DNA from: an uncultured archaeon
GTDB taxonomy: Archaea > Altiarchaeota > Altiarchaeia > JAFGQM01
Assembly (NCBI GenBank): GCA_964619365.1
Contig: CAZUDQ010000002.1
Coordinates: 5,537-69,536, forward strand
Length of the DNA stretch: 64,000 nucleotides
Direction: 5' to 3'
Numbering within the stretch: the stretch's first letter is position 1; each line of letters begins with the position of its first letter. Under the pieces are notes generated by a model. That model saw nothing but the letters and a program-made list of their open reading frames with translations. It was not told the origin of the DNA and searched no databases. Below, in pieces: positions 1 to 9,191 of this stretch. The translations under genes and the position numbers were made by a program.

Positions 1-129
1 GGTGCCGCTTATTTCCTTTGACTTCTTGTCAATAGGTACGTTAAGATCGCATCTCACAAGGACAGTCTTGCCACCTACATCAACATCATCAAGAGTGAGG
101 TGTCTTGGAACCTCGACAATTATCATCAT
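1..129 (-). CDS. pgk: Phosphoglycerate kinase, N-terminal fragment; the gene continues beyond the window start
   Basis: The reverse complement of 1..129 translates to MMIIVEVPRHLTLDDVDVGGKTVLVRCDLNVPIDKKSKEISGT. This matches the conserved PGK N-terminus (DVxGKxVLxRxDxNVP). The supplied ORF track omits it because the fragment is shorter than 60 aa. Confidence 0.6.
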   Translation of the reverse strand, partial: MMIIVEVPRHLTLDDVDVGGKTVLVRCDLNVPIDKKSKEISGT

Positions 130-162
130 TCTTTTTTGCTAGCATAACACGTTAGGAAATAA

Positions 163-533
163 GTGGATAATAATTTAGCATGGGGACATAAAAACCTTAA
201 CGCATACCCCTCCATGTTTACAGGATCAAATACACAAGATTTGCAAGCTAAGGGATACTATAGATGTCGTTTTGGTCGATTGTGCGCAGCACGGGCTTTT
301 TTCACCTTGACAGGTTTTCGGTTCCAACTCAATGACGAGATATTATTCCAGAATTTAGAGCGAGTATCTGTCGCATCATTAATCGCACCACGCATAACCT
401 TAGCTCTTGTCCCTCTTGTTTGTTGGGTTGCACGGAGTGCAGGTTCTGGCATGATTACAACTCTTTGCGGAGGTTTCTTATTCCCCTTCCCTCCAAAAAT
501 ACCTAAAATAGCCATAGTAATATAGATGCACAT
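163..533. other. Ambiguous region with overlapping 120 aa (+) and 91 aa (-) ORFs, neither recognisable
   Basis: Both ORFs are low-complexity or basic with no recognisable family. I searched by eye for SRP RNA and RNase P RNA motifs and found none. The real status is unresolved. Confidence 0.15.
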
Positions 534-756
534 TATTAAAAAACATTTGTTTTAGTTGCAAATAGCCCAGATATCTTGGGTTTTGTCACAGGCATAAAAA
601 CCTTCCTTTATACTATGACAGGCTTAGACCAAGAAAGGACATACAAAAATGCCCAAAAACAGTAATGTTTTTATAGACCTAACCCTTAATTTAAGCGAAC
701 CCGACCGCTTACGAAAGCTTTAAAAGCACTCAAAAGACGGTTAATAAACCAACAAA

Positions 757-1380
757 ATGCAGCTCAACGACCTTCAGGTGCTTGTTTCAAAGCTAAAAGA
801 AAATACTGGAATGCAAGTCGAGTCAACGACACTTGGACGCTTCCTTGGCCCCCGTGGATCTTATATCTCAGATGTGCTGGGAAGGGAGATACTCACACGA
901 CCTGTGATAATAAGTAAAAAAGAAGATTCAATCCAGATTCTTGACCTAAAAAAAGGTTTTGTCGTGCCGGTTTCTGATGAATCCGAAATTGTACCTGCCA
1001 TAATAAAGGTCTACTCAAAGACTCCGACGGCATCAGAGCGCGCGCGAGAGCTTAATCAGGGTGTTGAAAGCACAGTCGAGCTCTATCGCAAGGTCATAAC
1101 AAAAGAAATAGATGGAAATCCCATCTCCCAAACCCTTTCTGAGTTCCATACGATAATGTCACGACCCGGCTCTAATCAGGACAGGCTGGCTCTTGTTGAA
1201 AAGACAATAGATTTTCTTGAAGTGCACAAAGGCGAGAGGGTAGGCGAAGAGGAACTTTCAAAAATATGCAAGGCGCAGGACAAACTTGGTAAAATGGCAA
1301 AACATATAAAGTCGGGCAAGCTTGCGCCGGGACAGATTCCTTCTGTTTTTGAGCTTGCAGTATGGTCGTGGGTAAATTAA
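757..1380 (+). CDS. Hypothetical protein, 207 aa
   Basis: Clean ORF with ordinary amino-acid composition. A TTTAAAA element lies about 33 bp upstream. No family recognised. Confidence 0.5.
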   Translation: MQLNDLQVLVSKLKENTGMQVESTTLGRFLGPRGSYISDVLGREILTRPVIISKKEDSIQILDLKKGFVVPVSDESEIVPAIIKVYSKTPTASERARELNQGVESTVELYRKVITKEIDGNPISQTLSEFHTIMSRPGSNQDRLALVEKTIDFLEVHKGERVGEEELSKICKAQDKLGKMAKHIKSGKLAPGQIPSVFELAVWSWVN

Positions 1381-1390
1381 CTTAGATTTT

Positions 1391-2275
1391 TTATTTTAGA
1401 GGAACCTTAGTCGCTGTAGCGGGCAGTTTATTTCCGATTCTGCTTAAGATTATGACGAGTCCCACCCCCGTGGCACATAATATTATAAGCGAGCCGTACC
1501 AGACTCCCAGCTCGGTTGCAGGTATGCCCACCCCAAAGTTCATTATTTCTCTGATTGGCATGACAAGTCCCCCTATGACAAGACCGAATAAGAAGAGCAT
1601 GGTTAAGTCGTGCCTCTTTTTTAGAAGGTGGGAGATTATGTGCGAGACTATAGCTGCACCTACAAGAGCCCCCCCGCAGAATATTAATATGGGAAGCGCG
1701 TTTTGGCTTATTTGTGCCAGGGACTCAATCATATAAGTGTATATCCCCATGATAAGCAGCACAAAGGAACCAGAAACCCCTGGAACAAACATTGCACATG
1801 CCGCAAAAAATCCACCTATAAATATGTACCATAATGAAGGTGTAAAGCCGCTTGCCGGAGCAAGAAAACTGATTCCTGCGGCAAAAACCAGACCAATAAG
1901 GAACAAAGCGACTCCAGAGACTTTAATCTCTTTTATCGCCTTTAGCATGATTAGACCAGATGCCGCGATAAGCCCTGCAAAAAATGCAAAAGCAAAAGCC
2001 CCATGAGTCTCAAGCAAATCTGCCATGAGTCGTGCACCCCCTAAAATAGCTATTATGACACCGAGTCCTAGAATAGCAAGAAAACCAAAATCAACTTTTC
2101 GCTTGAAGCCTTTTCCCATAAATTTAATGGCGTTATCTGTTTCCCTTATGAATCGTGGATAAATGCCCATGACAAGAGCCATGGTACTAGCCGAAAGGCC
2201 AGGGATTAGGTTTGCAATACCCATCACAATCCCCTTTAAGAACACAAGCACAAAATCTAAATTCATCCTAAACAA
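1391..2275 (-). CDS. Polytopic membrane protein, DUF368/UppP-like (putative polyprenyl-phosphate handling)
   Basis: About 8 predicted TM helices. Two internally repeated PG(L/V)S(A/G)S motifs (IPGLSASTMALVMG and VPGVSGSFVLLIMG) recall the duplicated PGxSRSG signature of the DUF368/BacA superfamily. It overlaps the downstream gene by 8 bp, which suggests an operon. Confidence 0.5.
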   Translation of the reverse strand: MFRMNLDFVLVFLKGIVMGIANLIPGLSASTMALVMGIYPRFIRETDNAIKFMGKGFKRKVDFGFLAILGLGVIIAILGGARLMADLLETHGAFAFAFFAGLIAASGLIMLKAIKEIKVSGVALFLIGLVFAAGISFLAPASGFTPSLWYIFIGGFFAACAMFVPGVSGSFVLLIMGIYTYMIESLAQISQNALPILIFCGGALVGAAIVSHIISHLLKKRHDLTMLFLFGLVIGGLVMPIREIMNFGVGIPATELGVWYGSLIILCATGVGLVIILSRIGNKLPATATKVPLK

Positions 2276-3062
2276 GCTCTCCTACTTCAAGAATCGGACA
2301 CCCAAGTCGTTCTCCAAGCGCCTTTAGTGAAGAGGCGTTCTTTTTGTCGACAGATATTAAAAAGCAATCCAGGTTACGAGTCATGTGCACGGGCGATTCG
2401 AAAAGTTCGAATCCCAGCTTTGAGGCTTCTGCAATTTCCCTTGCAGTCTCCTTTATCCCGCCTTTTGTCACATCCTTTGCAGCATTGATTACCAAGCTGC
2501 CGGATTTTATGTCGGCGAGCAAGGCATACCAATCTGAAAATAGTTTTTTAGCCTTTGCCATACGTTCCCTTGAATCTCCCCATAACGGTTCTCCAAAAAG
2601 CATGAGTGAGTCTCCAAGCTTGCCACCGGACTGCTTCAAAGGACTTGGCAATAATAGCTCTCCGAACACGAATATGCTCGCACAAGGCCCTTTTGAAAAC
2701 CTCATCAGGGTTCCTTTGTCATGAGGGCAATTAGTATTTCCTCCGATAACGGGTATTCCAAGCTCCCGGGATTGTACACTAAGCGACTCGGCCATTTCGA
2801 TTATCTCGTTTTCTGTGCCTGAAAGGCAATCCAAGGCAAAAATCACCCGCCCGCCCTTTGCGAGTATGTCAGTTGAAGCATGAACTAGGGCAGAAAGCAT
2901 GACAAGACGCTTTGCATATGGCCCATCAGCACTAAAAAGAAGCTTAGATTTGTCTACAGGCAGGCAAACAGCGTCATCGCAGTCTAAAAGGCCAAGTATC
3001 TCAGAGCCCACGCAGGGTCCGGAAGCAAAAATCTCAACCACATGCTTTGAAATTTCATCCAT
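2268..3062 (-). CDS. PurM-like (AIR-synthase-related) protein
   Basis: 264 aa. The Gly-rich and Asp-containing motifs (SADGPY, VIGGNTN, LMLFGEP) are typical of the PurM/HypE/ThiL superfamily fold. The exact subfamily is not determinable from sequence alone. Confidence 0.45.
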   Translation of the reverse strand: MDEISKHVVEIFASGPCVGSEILGLLDCDDAVCLPVDKSKLLFSADGPYAKRLVMLSALVHASTDILAKGGRVIFALDCLSGTENEIIEMAESLSVQSRELGIPVIGGNTNCPHDKGTLMRFSKGPCASIFVFGELLLPSPLKQSGGKLGDSLMLFGEPLWGDSRERMAKAKKLFSDWYALLADIKSGSLVINAAKDVTKGGIKETAREIAEASKLGFELFESPVHMTRNLDCFLISVDKKNASSLKALGERLGCPILEVGELV

Positions 3063-3098
3063 AATATTATTTTAAACTACTATTTTAATGTCTTTATC

Positions 3099-5810
3099 TT
3101 GGAAAAAGACCTCGTAACTTCATATATGGAGTTGAACATAAGCATTTATATAGGTGGAAATTCAAAGTTACCACTGAACAGTAGTTACAAAATGAAAACA
3201 AAGCTAGTATTGATGACAGTTGTATTCGCATCAGCCCTTATTTTAGCTGGAATGCCAGCCTTGGCAGTAAACGACTGCGTATATCACGAAAGCTACGGGA
3301 GGGGTGTGGTAAGCTACGATTACTCTACTGGTGACGCGGAAGGAAATCACTATGTATACGATGATTTCGGCCAGACTATTCTCAAAACAGACCAGGGAAA
3401 TACCCTGATTACAATATGGGGCGACCAGAGGTCTAAGCATTTTAAATGTGCAAGCGGTGCACATATCGAGCCTGCTCTTTCAAAAAGTATCTGTGAAAGA
3501 GGCGTTCCCCAATTCACACGCATAAGCGATTCAGAAGGCTATTTTACATGCACTGACTCCCATGGGGGTGGTGAAGACTCAAGATTTTATTATGAATGCG
3601 AGGGTATAGACATACCTTATGTCATCCACGATTACCAAGCATGTTATGAAAACAATGTGTACTGGTTTGACTCAGGCGCGTGCCGTCAGGAACTTATAGA
3701 AGATTGTACTGGTGGGGACGTTTGTTTAGATGCGGTTTGTTACCCGACATGCACTCCAGGTTACACTGACAACTACCAATGCGCAGGCAACTGGCTAGAA
3801 AGAGAAGAAATCGATGAGTATTGCAGAACTTCATGGGTCGAGAACTATGAATACTGTGATTATGGATGCGATTCGACCACATTTACATGCAACAGTCAGT
3901 GCCACGAAGGTTACACTGAAAACTATCGTTGCGACGGAAACTGGCTGGAGCGCCAATATGTGAGCTCAGATTGCGATTATTCCTGGGATAATAATTATGA
4001 ATACTGTACAAGCGGTTGTAGTGATGTGACAAAAAGCTGCAATCCTTACTGTGAAGAAGGATATCTTGATGACTACCAGTGTATGGGTTCGTCCTTAGAA
4101 AGAAATTATCAATATTCAGACTGCTCAACAGAATGGCGCGAAATAGAACACTGCCAGTATGGATGTTCAGGAAATACTTGTAATTCGGGATGCACTCCAG
4201 GCTACATAAGCAATTATCAGTGTAACGGAAACTGGTTACAACAAGAGTATAAGGATATTGATTGCTCACTTGAGTGGAGAGACGCAGAATACTGTAACTA
4301 TGGCTGTTCTGCTGGTGCATGCAACACAGGAGCGACGCCTTATTGTGAGGATACAGATGGCGGGATAGTCTGGACGGTTCAGGGAAACACATACGGCCTA
4401 AACGATTATAATGAGTCATATTCAAAAACTGATTACTGCGGTGGAAACACAGTGCATGAATATTATTGTTCAGGAAATGACTGGGCACTGACTTCGTATT
4501 CTTGTGCGTATGGCTGCTCTGATGGCGCGTGTAAGACAAACCCGTCATGCACTGATGAATGCTCTGTTTGGGGCGATACAAAGTGCAAAGGCGATGAGAA
4601 ATGCACCTGTGGTTATTATGACTCGGACCCATGTTTAGAATGGGGTAACTGTTATGAATCCTCAACATGTGATAATGAATGCGATTCAGGATGGGATTCA
4701 GAACGGAAATGCCGATACGGCGACGTTTACAGGATGTACACATACTCTGATTGCGATGAGGAATGGCGCTTATATGATGAGTGTGATTATGGCTGTTCTA
4801 ACGGACATTGTAGATACGACCCATATGACGATTATTGTGGAAACGGATATTGTGATTATTCAGAGGGTGAAACTTGCTCAAACTGCCCATCTGACTGCGG
4901 TTCCTGCAACAGGTGCGGAAACGGATACTGCGAGACAAATTATGGCGAAACCTGCTATAACTGCCAGAGTGACTGTGGTGTCTGCCAAACATGCGGCAAT
5001 GGAATTTGCTCAGGCGGAGAAACCTGCTCAAGCTGTCCATCTGACTGTGGAACATGCGGCGACCTTTGCGGAAACGGCGTGTGTTCAAGCGGCGAGACTT
5101 GCGCAAGCTGTCCATCTGACTGTGGCTCATGTACACAGTGCGGTGATGGTATTTGCAGTGGGTCAGAAACTTGCTCATCATGCTCACTTGACTGCGGAAC
5201 TTGTCAGATTTGTGGCGACGGCATGTGCACAGGTTCAGAAACCTGCTCATCATGCTCTTTAGACTGTGGAAATTGCGTCACTGCGTGTCCGGTCCCAGTA
5301 GGCGAAAACGTCGAAGTGAGTTCAGAGGCCTGCGCGGAATTCAAAGGCGCGGGAACAGAGAGTTTCTCATTAACAGTATATAACAAAGAGCCTTACGCAG
5401 CAGAGTACTCAGTCGGGCTTAGCGGACCTGCTTCGGCATGGTCAAATATAAATCCGTCGACTGTACTTGTCCCGACAGGTGAAGGAAAGAGTGCTCAGAT
5501 AACAGTGAGTGTTCCAGAAGGCGTTTCACCAGGCCTTTACGAGATGACTGCAATAATCTCCTCAGGCAGTGAAGCTATAATGGAAAAAGAGCTTTATGTG
5601 AGTGTAGCCGAAGAGGACACAGGAGCAACAGGCTTAATAGTCCTTGATGTAAACAATATCTCAAGCTCTCCAACGGGCGCCGCCATAGCCGGTGAGATAG
5701 ACCTCTTTTGGATAATCATCGGAGTTTTTGTAGTGGCTGACCTATTACTCGTGGCAATTGTCCTTAGGCGGAAAAACGCGAGTGTTGGTAATACTGACAA
5801 AAAACTTTGA
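3099..5810 (+). CDS. Cysteine-rich cell-surface protein with C-terminal TM anchor, 903 aa; the probable true start is the ATG at 3192 (MKTKLVL...)
   Basis: It has an N-terminal signal or TM segment (MKTKLVLMTVVFASALILAGMPALA). Five repeats of about 45 aa follow (C-x-GY-x-NYQC-GNWLE...C-x-YGC). Seven tandem repeats of about 20 aa come next (CGNGxC-x3-ETC-x2-CP-x-DCG-x-C). A beta-sandwich-like domain follows and the protein ends in a hydrophobic helix plus RRKN. Confidence 0.75.
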   Translation: MEKDLVTSYMELNISIYIGGNSKLPLNSSYKMKTKLVLMTVVFASALILAGMPALAVNDCVYHESYGRGVVSYDYSTGDAEGNHYVYDDFGQTILKTDQGNTLITIWGDQRSKHFKCASGAHIEPALSKSICERGVPQFTRISDSEGYFTCTDSHGGGEDSRFYYECEGIDIPYVIHDYQACYENNVYWFDSGACRQELIEDCTGGDVCLDAVCYPTCTPGYTDNYQCAGNWLEREEIDEYCRTSWVENYEYCDYGCDSTTFTCNSQCHEGYTENYRCDGNWLERQYVSSDCDYSWDNNYEYCTSGCSDVTKSCNPYCEEGYLDDYQCMGSSLERNYQYSDCSTEWREIEHCQYGCSGNTCNSGCTPGYISNYQCNGNWLQQEYKDIDCSLEWRDAEYCNYGCSAGACNTGATPYCEDTDGGIVWTVQGNTYGLNDYNESYSKTDYCGGNTVHEYYCSGNDWALTSYSCAYGCSDGACKTNPSCTDECSVWGDTKCKGDEKCTCGYYDSDPCLEWGNCYESSTCDNECDSGWDSERKCRYGDVYRMYTYSDCDEEWRLYDECDYGCSNGHCRYDPYDDYCGNGYCDYSEGETCSNCPSDCGSCNRCGNGYCETNYGETCYNCQSDCGVCQTCGNGICSGGETCSSCPSDCGTCGDLCGNGVCSSGETCASCPSDCGSCTQCGDGICSGSETCSSCSLDCGTCQICGDGMCTGSETCSSCSLDCGNCVTACPVPVGENVEVSSEACAEFKGAGTESFSLTVYNKEPYAAEYSVGLSGPASAWSNINPSTVLVPTGEGKSAQITVSVPEGVSPGLYEMTAIISSGSEAIMEKELYVSVAEEDTGATGLIVLDVNNISSSPTGAAIAGEIDLFWIIIGVFVVADLLLVAIVLRRKNASVGNTDKKL
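4860..5280 (+). repeat. Seven tandem in-frame coding repeats of about 60 bp (CGNGxC...CPSDCGxC units)
   Basis: A periodic tgcggaaacgg / tgctcaagctgtccatctgactgtgg unit is visible by eye. These repeats generate the spurious overlapping ORFs in other frames (3883..4743-, 4798..5253-, 4654..5262+). Confidence 0.8.
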
Positions 5811-6408
5811 TAGGACAGGATTTACATAAGGGTTTTTTGGGTTTGCAGCTAAGCCTTCCGTGATCTACAAGAAGGCCGTTTACCTTCCCCCACATTTTTT
5901 TAGGAAGGAGGCCGCACAAATCTTTTTCTATTTTTTCTGCACTTTTAGCATCGCTTAGTCCCACCCTTTTTACGATTCTTTTTGCGTGAATGTCAATTGC
6001 AATGCCTTCAACTTTGCCGAAGCACTCTGTTAATATTATATTCGCGCTTTTTCTACCGATTCCAGGGATTTTTAGAAGACTGTCCATGTTGCCCCGGACC
6101 TTGCCGTTAAATTCATTTGTTATTGTCATTCCCGCCTCGACTATGTGCCTTGCCTTCACATGGTAAAATCCACTTGGGTGGATGTGAACTTCAATGTTTT
6201 TTGGGTTTTCTTTTGCGTAGTCGCTTGCAGTCTTATATTTTGAAAAAAGAAATGGCGTCATCTCATTGACTTTCTTGTCAGTGCACTGCGCGGCAAGGAT
6301 AAGGGCTACAAGAAGCTCAAGAGGGTTTGTATAATCAAGTTTTGGCGTTGGAACATGGTAACGCTTCTTAAGGAGACTAACTATCTTTATTGCAGTCTGT
6401 GAATCCAT
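5764..6408 (-). CDS. nth: Endonuclease III (HhH-GPD DNA glycosylase with a 4Fe-4S cluster)
   Basis: It has the HhH-GPD core (LVALILAAQCTD, GIGRKSANI) and a C-terminal C-x6-C-x2-C-x5-C cluster ligand motif (CKPKKPLCKSCPIKVFC). It overlaps the 3' end of the convergent 903 aa gene by 47 bp. Confidence 0.85.
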   Translation of the reverse strand: MDSQTAIKIVSLLKKRYHVPTPKLDYTNPLELLVALILAAQCTDKKVNEMTPFLFSKYKTASDYAKENPKNIEVHIHPSGFYHVKARHIVEAGMTITNEFNGKVRGNMDSLLKIPGIGRKSANIILTECFGKVEGIAIDIHAKRIVKRVGLSDAKSAEKIEKDLCGLLPKKMWGKVNGLLVDHGRLSCKPKKPLCKSCPIKVFCQYYQHSRFSA

Positions 6409-6412
6409 TACC

Positions 6413-7768
6413 CTAATTTCTCAGGCTTGTGACGGGTGCCGGCAGGCGTCCCCCGCGGTTTATGAATTTTGCAGGCGATGGCTTTAAGACCTCCATTACA
6501 GGACCTTTCCCCAAAAGACCCCCAAAATCAACCCAGTCCCCGGCTTTTTTGCCAGTTGCAGGAATGACTCGTACACCTGTTGTCTTGTTCTGAACAACTC
6601 CGATTGCAAGTTCGTCAGCAATTATTGCCGCAATCGTTTCCATAGGTGTATCTCCTGGTATTACAAACATGTCAAGCCCGACTGAGCACACCGCACTTAA
6701 AGATTCAAGTTTAGCTATAGATAAAACTCCTTCTTTGGCTGCTCTTGCCATGGCAAGGTCTTCAGTAACTGGGATAAACGTGCCTGAAAGCCCGCCTACA
6801 GATGATGATGCCATTGCCCCTCCACGTTTTATTGCATCAATAAGAAGTGCAACTGCTGCTGTTGAACCGTGGGTACCAACTCGCTCAAGCCCCATAACTT
6901 CAAGTATTTCACCGACAGAGTCCCCGACTGTTGGAGTTGATGCTAAGGAAAGATCGACAATCCCAAAAGGAACATCTATTTTCTTTGCAAGATCGCGACC
7001 TATGAGTTCTCCTGCGCGGGTTATCTTAAATGCAGTCTTTTTTATTATCTCAGAAAGCTCGCCAAGGTCGCAGTCCGGATGTTTTTCTACAATGTTTTTA
7101 ACAACGCCCGGTCCACTGATTCCAATATTGAGTGCATAGTCCCCTTCCCCTATGCCGTGGAATGCTCCAGCCATAAATGGTGAATCCTCAGGAACGTTTG
7201 CAAAGACAACAAGCTTGGCACAACCAATCGAGTTATGTGTAACTTTGGCAATTTCTTTAATCTTTTCTGAAGCAAGGATGACAGCATCCATATTAAGTCC
7301 GGATATGTTTGTCCCGACATTAAGGAAGCAGCATACTCTTTCTGTTTGAGATAGGACTTCAGGCAGGGAGTTTATCAGTCGCAGGTCGCTTTTTGTCATG
7401 CCTTTTTGCACATGCGCGCCGTATCCTCCTATAAAATCTATTCCCGCGTCTTTTGCTGCGCGGTCAAGAGTCTTTGCAATCTCAAGGAGACCCTTTTCAT
7501 CAATAGTTTCAGCGATGATTGATATTGGAGTTACCGAGATTCTCCTGTTGATTATCGGAACGCCGTATTTTTTCTCTAAGGAGCTGGCTTCCTTTACGAG
7601 TTGTTTTGCCTTCCCGACAATTTTCTCATACACGTTTTCCTTAAATTTTTCAAGGTCTGAATCAATACAATCCTTAAGATTAATACCAAGTGTTGCTGCG
7701 CGTATGTCATAATTGTAATACAGAGTCATCCCTGCCGTCTCATAGACCTCTTCAATACTATACGCCAT
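6413..7768 (-). CDS. UPF0210 family protein (DUF711)
   Basis: 451 aa. The N-terminal IEEVYET...YDIRAATLGINL and the Gly-rich core are typical of archaeal UPF0210. Its characteristic partner, a small ACT-domain protein, lies immediately downstream. Confidence 0.7.
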   Translation of the reverse strand: MAYSIEEVYETAGMTLYYNYDIRAATLGINLKDCIDSDLEKFKENVYEKIVGKAKQLVKEASSLEKKYGVPIINRRISVTPISIIAETIDEKGLLEIAKTLDRAAKDAGIDFIGGYGAHVQKGMTKSDLRLINSLPEVLSQTERVCCFLNVGTNISGLNMDAVILASEKIKEIAKVTHNSIGCAKLVVFANVPEDSPFMAGAFHGIGEGDYALNIGISGPGVVKNIVEKHPDCDLGELSEIIKKTAFKITRAGELIGRDLAKKIDVPFGIVDLSLASTPTVGDSVGEILEVMGLERVGTHGSTAAVALLIDAIKRGGAMASSSVGGLSGTFIPVTEDLAMARAAKEGVLSIAKLESLSAVCSVGLDMFVIPGDTPMETIAAIIADELAIGVVQNKTTGVRVIPATGKKAGDWVDFGGLLGKGPVMEVLKPSPAKFINRGGRLPAPVTSLRN

Positions 7769-7776
7769 TTCTTATT

Positions 7777-8058
7777 TTATATCCTGTGCATTGCCCGCAG
7801 GATGTCTTCGTGTTGTATCTGGATTTTTAAGCCCATTTCCTTTTCAACCACGTCCATCTTCTCGCGAAGCTCGTCCATGGAGACCTCAGCTCCTGCGACA
7901 TCAACAAACATACTCATGACAAAATAACCTTCCATAACTTTCATCTCGACGTCTTCGATGTTTATGTCGCAATCTGCAAGAATGTTTGATATTTTTGCGA
8001 CAATACCCTTTTTGTCCCCACCAATCACGGTTATAAAACAAAGTTCTCTCTTATCCAT
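7777..8058 (-). CDS. ACT-domain protein (UPF0237 family)
   Basis: 93 aa. CFITVIGGDKKGIVAKISNILADCDINI is the ACT regulatory fold signature. The conserved gene pair with UPF0210 supports the call. Confidence 0.7.
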   Translation of the reverse strand: MDKRELCFITVIGGDKKGIVAKISNILADCDINIEDVEMKVMEGYFVMSMFVDVAGAEVSMDELREKMDVVEKEMGLKIQIQHEDILRAMHRI

Positions 8059-8098
8059 TTTCTTAAATAGTTTGAAACAATATGCAATTAAAGTGCGA

Positions 8099-9148
8099 TT
8101 AAATCTTGTATCTTAAAATAGCGGCAAGTCCTCCAAGGCCGTTTAAGCGTTCTCCGGGTTCGTGACGCGAGTCAAATACGCAGAAATTTCCCCTGGATTT
8201 TCTTGTGTTTTCAATAAGTCTTTCGACAGACGCGTCTTTCCTAAGAAGGGAATCAAGAACAAGAAGCTCTAAGACCGCCCCTGATTCGCAGGCACTCTTA
8301 ACATCCCTTTTCCCGTAGGCAAAAAGCCCGTCTTTTGATATTTCGTAGAATACGCGTTCAATGAGACCCGATTCGCGGTTAATTCTGGAGTCGCCTATCG
8401 CGCGGTCTAGTTTTCCTGTGCGAATAAGTTCATACACCGCTTGCTTTCCATCGTTCCCACTGTCAATTACCTGGCAGTTAAATTTCTTTCCAGTCGAATC
8501 ACAGAATTTTGCAAAATTACCCTTTGTAAAGCCTGTACCACATAGGTATACAGTTCCCGCGTCTTCATGCTCAAGCTCGCTTGTAATGGCGGATTTCAGC
8601 TTAGAGAAGAATTCAGTTTCGTCTTTTGTGCCCCCTTCTGCGTATTTTCCACCCACGTTTTCACTTAAATTTATGAACTTAAGGCCTCGGTCGCGCACAA
8701 GGGCGATTACCGCACTGCTCTTATCAACTGCACATACTATTGCGCGCGCAGTCTTTCCTTTCTTCTCAGCGTCTGAAAGATAGCCCTTTTCACTGTCTGC
8801 CCAGTTGTTTTTTATGATTTTTATCTCAGAGTGTTCTCCAAGCTCAAAAGTATGATGCGAGCCAAAAGAGACATACTCGTCAGGCCCGCTTTTGATTATT
8901 CCTAGAACGCGCAGGCGGTTTGAGTTTTCGTCAAATTCACAGGAATCCACACGAATTCCAAGAGTCATTGCCCTTTTCTCACTTTTTCCAGAGCGCAGTT
9001 TATCATCTTTTCCTGCAATGGACCTAAAAGTCCTTGCTATTGCTAGGTCTCCTGGACTTATGACCTTTGATAAATACCAAAGGTCGTCAAGGCTTTCAGC
9101 AAGGACGCGAACTTCTCCGCTCCGAAAATCTCGTTTAAGGACTTTCAT
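8099..9148 (-). CDS. pelA: Pelota (Dom34 homolog, no-go/non-stop mRNA decay and ribosome rescue)
   Basis: The N-terminus MKVLKRDFRSGEVRVLAESLDDLWYLSKVISPGDLAIARTFR matches archaeal Pelota. The length and central/C-terminal eRF1-like domains also fit. Confidence 0.8.
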   Translation of the reverse strand: MKVLKRDFRSGEVRVLAESLDDLWYLSKVISPGDLAIARTFRSIAGKDDKLRSGKSEKRAMTLGIRVDSCEFDENSNRLRVLGIIKSGPDEYVSFGSHHTFELGEHSEIKIIKNNWADSEKGYLSDAEKKGKTARAIVCAVDKSSAVIALVRDRGLKFINLSENVGGKYAEGGTKDETEFFSKLKSAITSELEHEDAGTVYLCGTGFTKGNFAKFCDSTGKKFNCQVIDSGNDGKQAVYELIRTGKLDRAIGDSRINRESGLIERVFYEISKDGLFAYGKRDVKSACESGAVLELLVLDSLLRKDASVERLIENTRKSRGNFCVFDSRHEPGERLNGLGGLAAILRYKI

Positions 9149-9191
9149 GACTCCTAAATTTGAGCGGGGGAAGCTAAAAACAAGCCAAGAG

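Noticed and set aside
163-533. Possible SRP RNA or RNase P RNA in the pgk-proximal gap
   Set aside because: I looked for conserved boxes (RNase P AGGAAAGUCC P4 region, SRP helix-8 GNAR/AGGGCAGG elements) and found none. Left as ambiguous rather than called.
1452-2006. ORFs 1452..1736 (+) and 1737..2006 (+)
   Set aside because: They are antisense to the DUF368-like membrane gene and GC-skewed by its hydrophobic codons. The Pro/Ala-rich translations are typical shadow ORFs.
3883-5262. Long ORFs 3883..4743 (-), 4798..5253 (-) and 4654..5262 (+) inside the Cys-repeat gene
   Set aside because: They lie entirely within or antisense to the 903 aa gene. Their proteins are His/Arg/Ser-rich nonsense typical of alternative-frame readings of Cys-codon (tgc/tgt) repeats.
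4860-5280. Possible CRISPR array suggested by regular roughly 60 bp periodic repeats
   Set aside because: The repeats are in-frame within a long ORF, imperfect and code for a CGNGxC...CPSDCGxC protein motif. No cas genes are in the window. This is a coding tandem repeat, not CRISPR.
6669-7712. ORFs 6669..7139, 7152..7349, 7398..7712 (+)
   Set aside because: They are antisense shadows within the UPF0210 gene.
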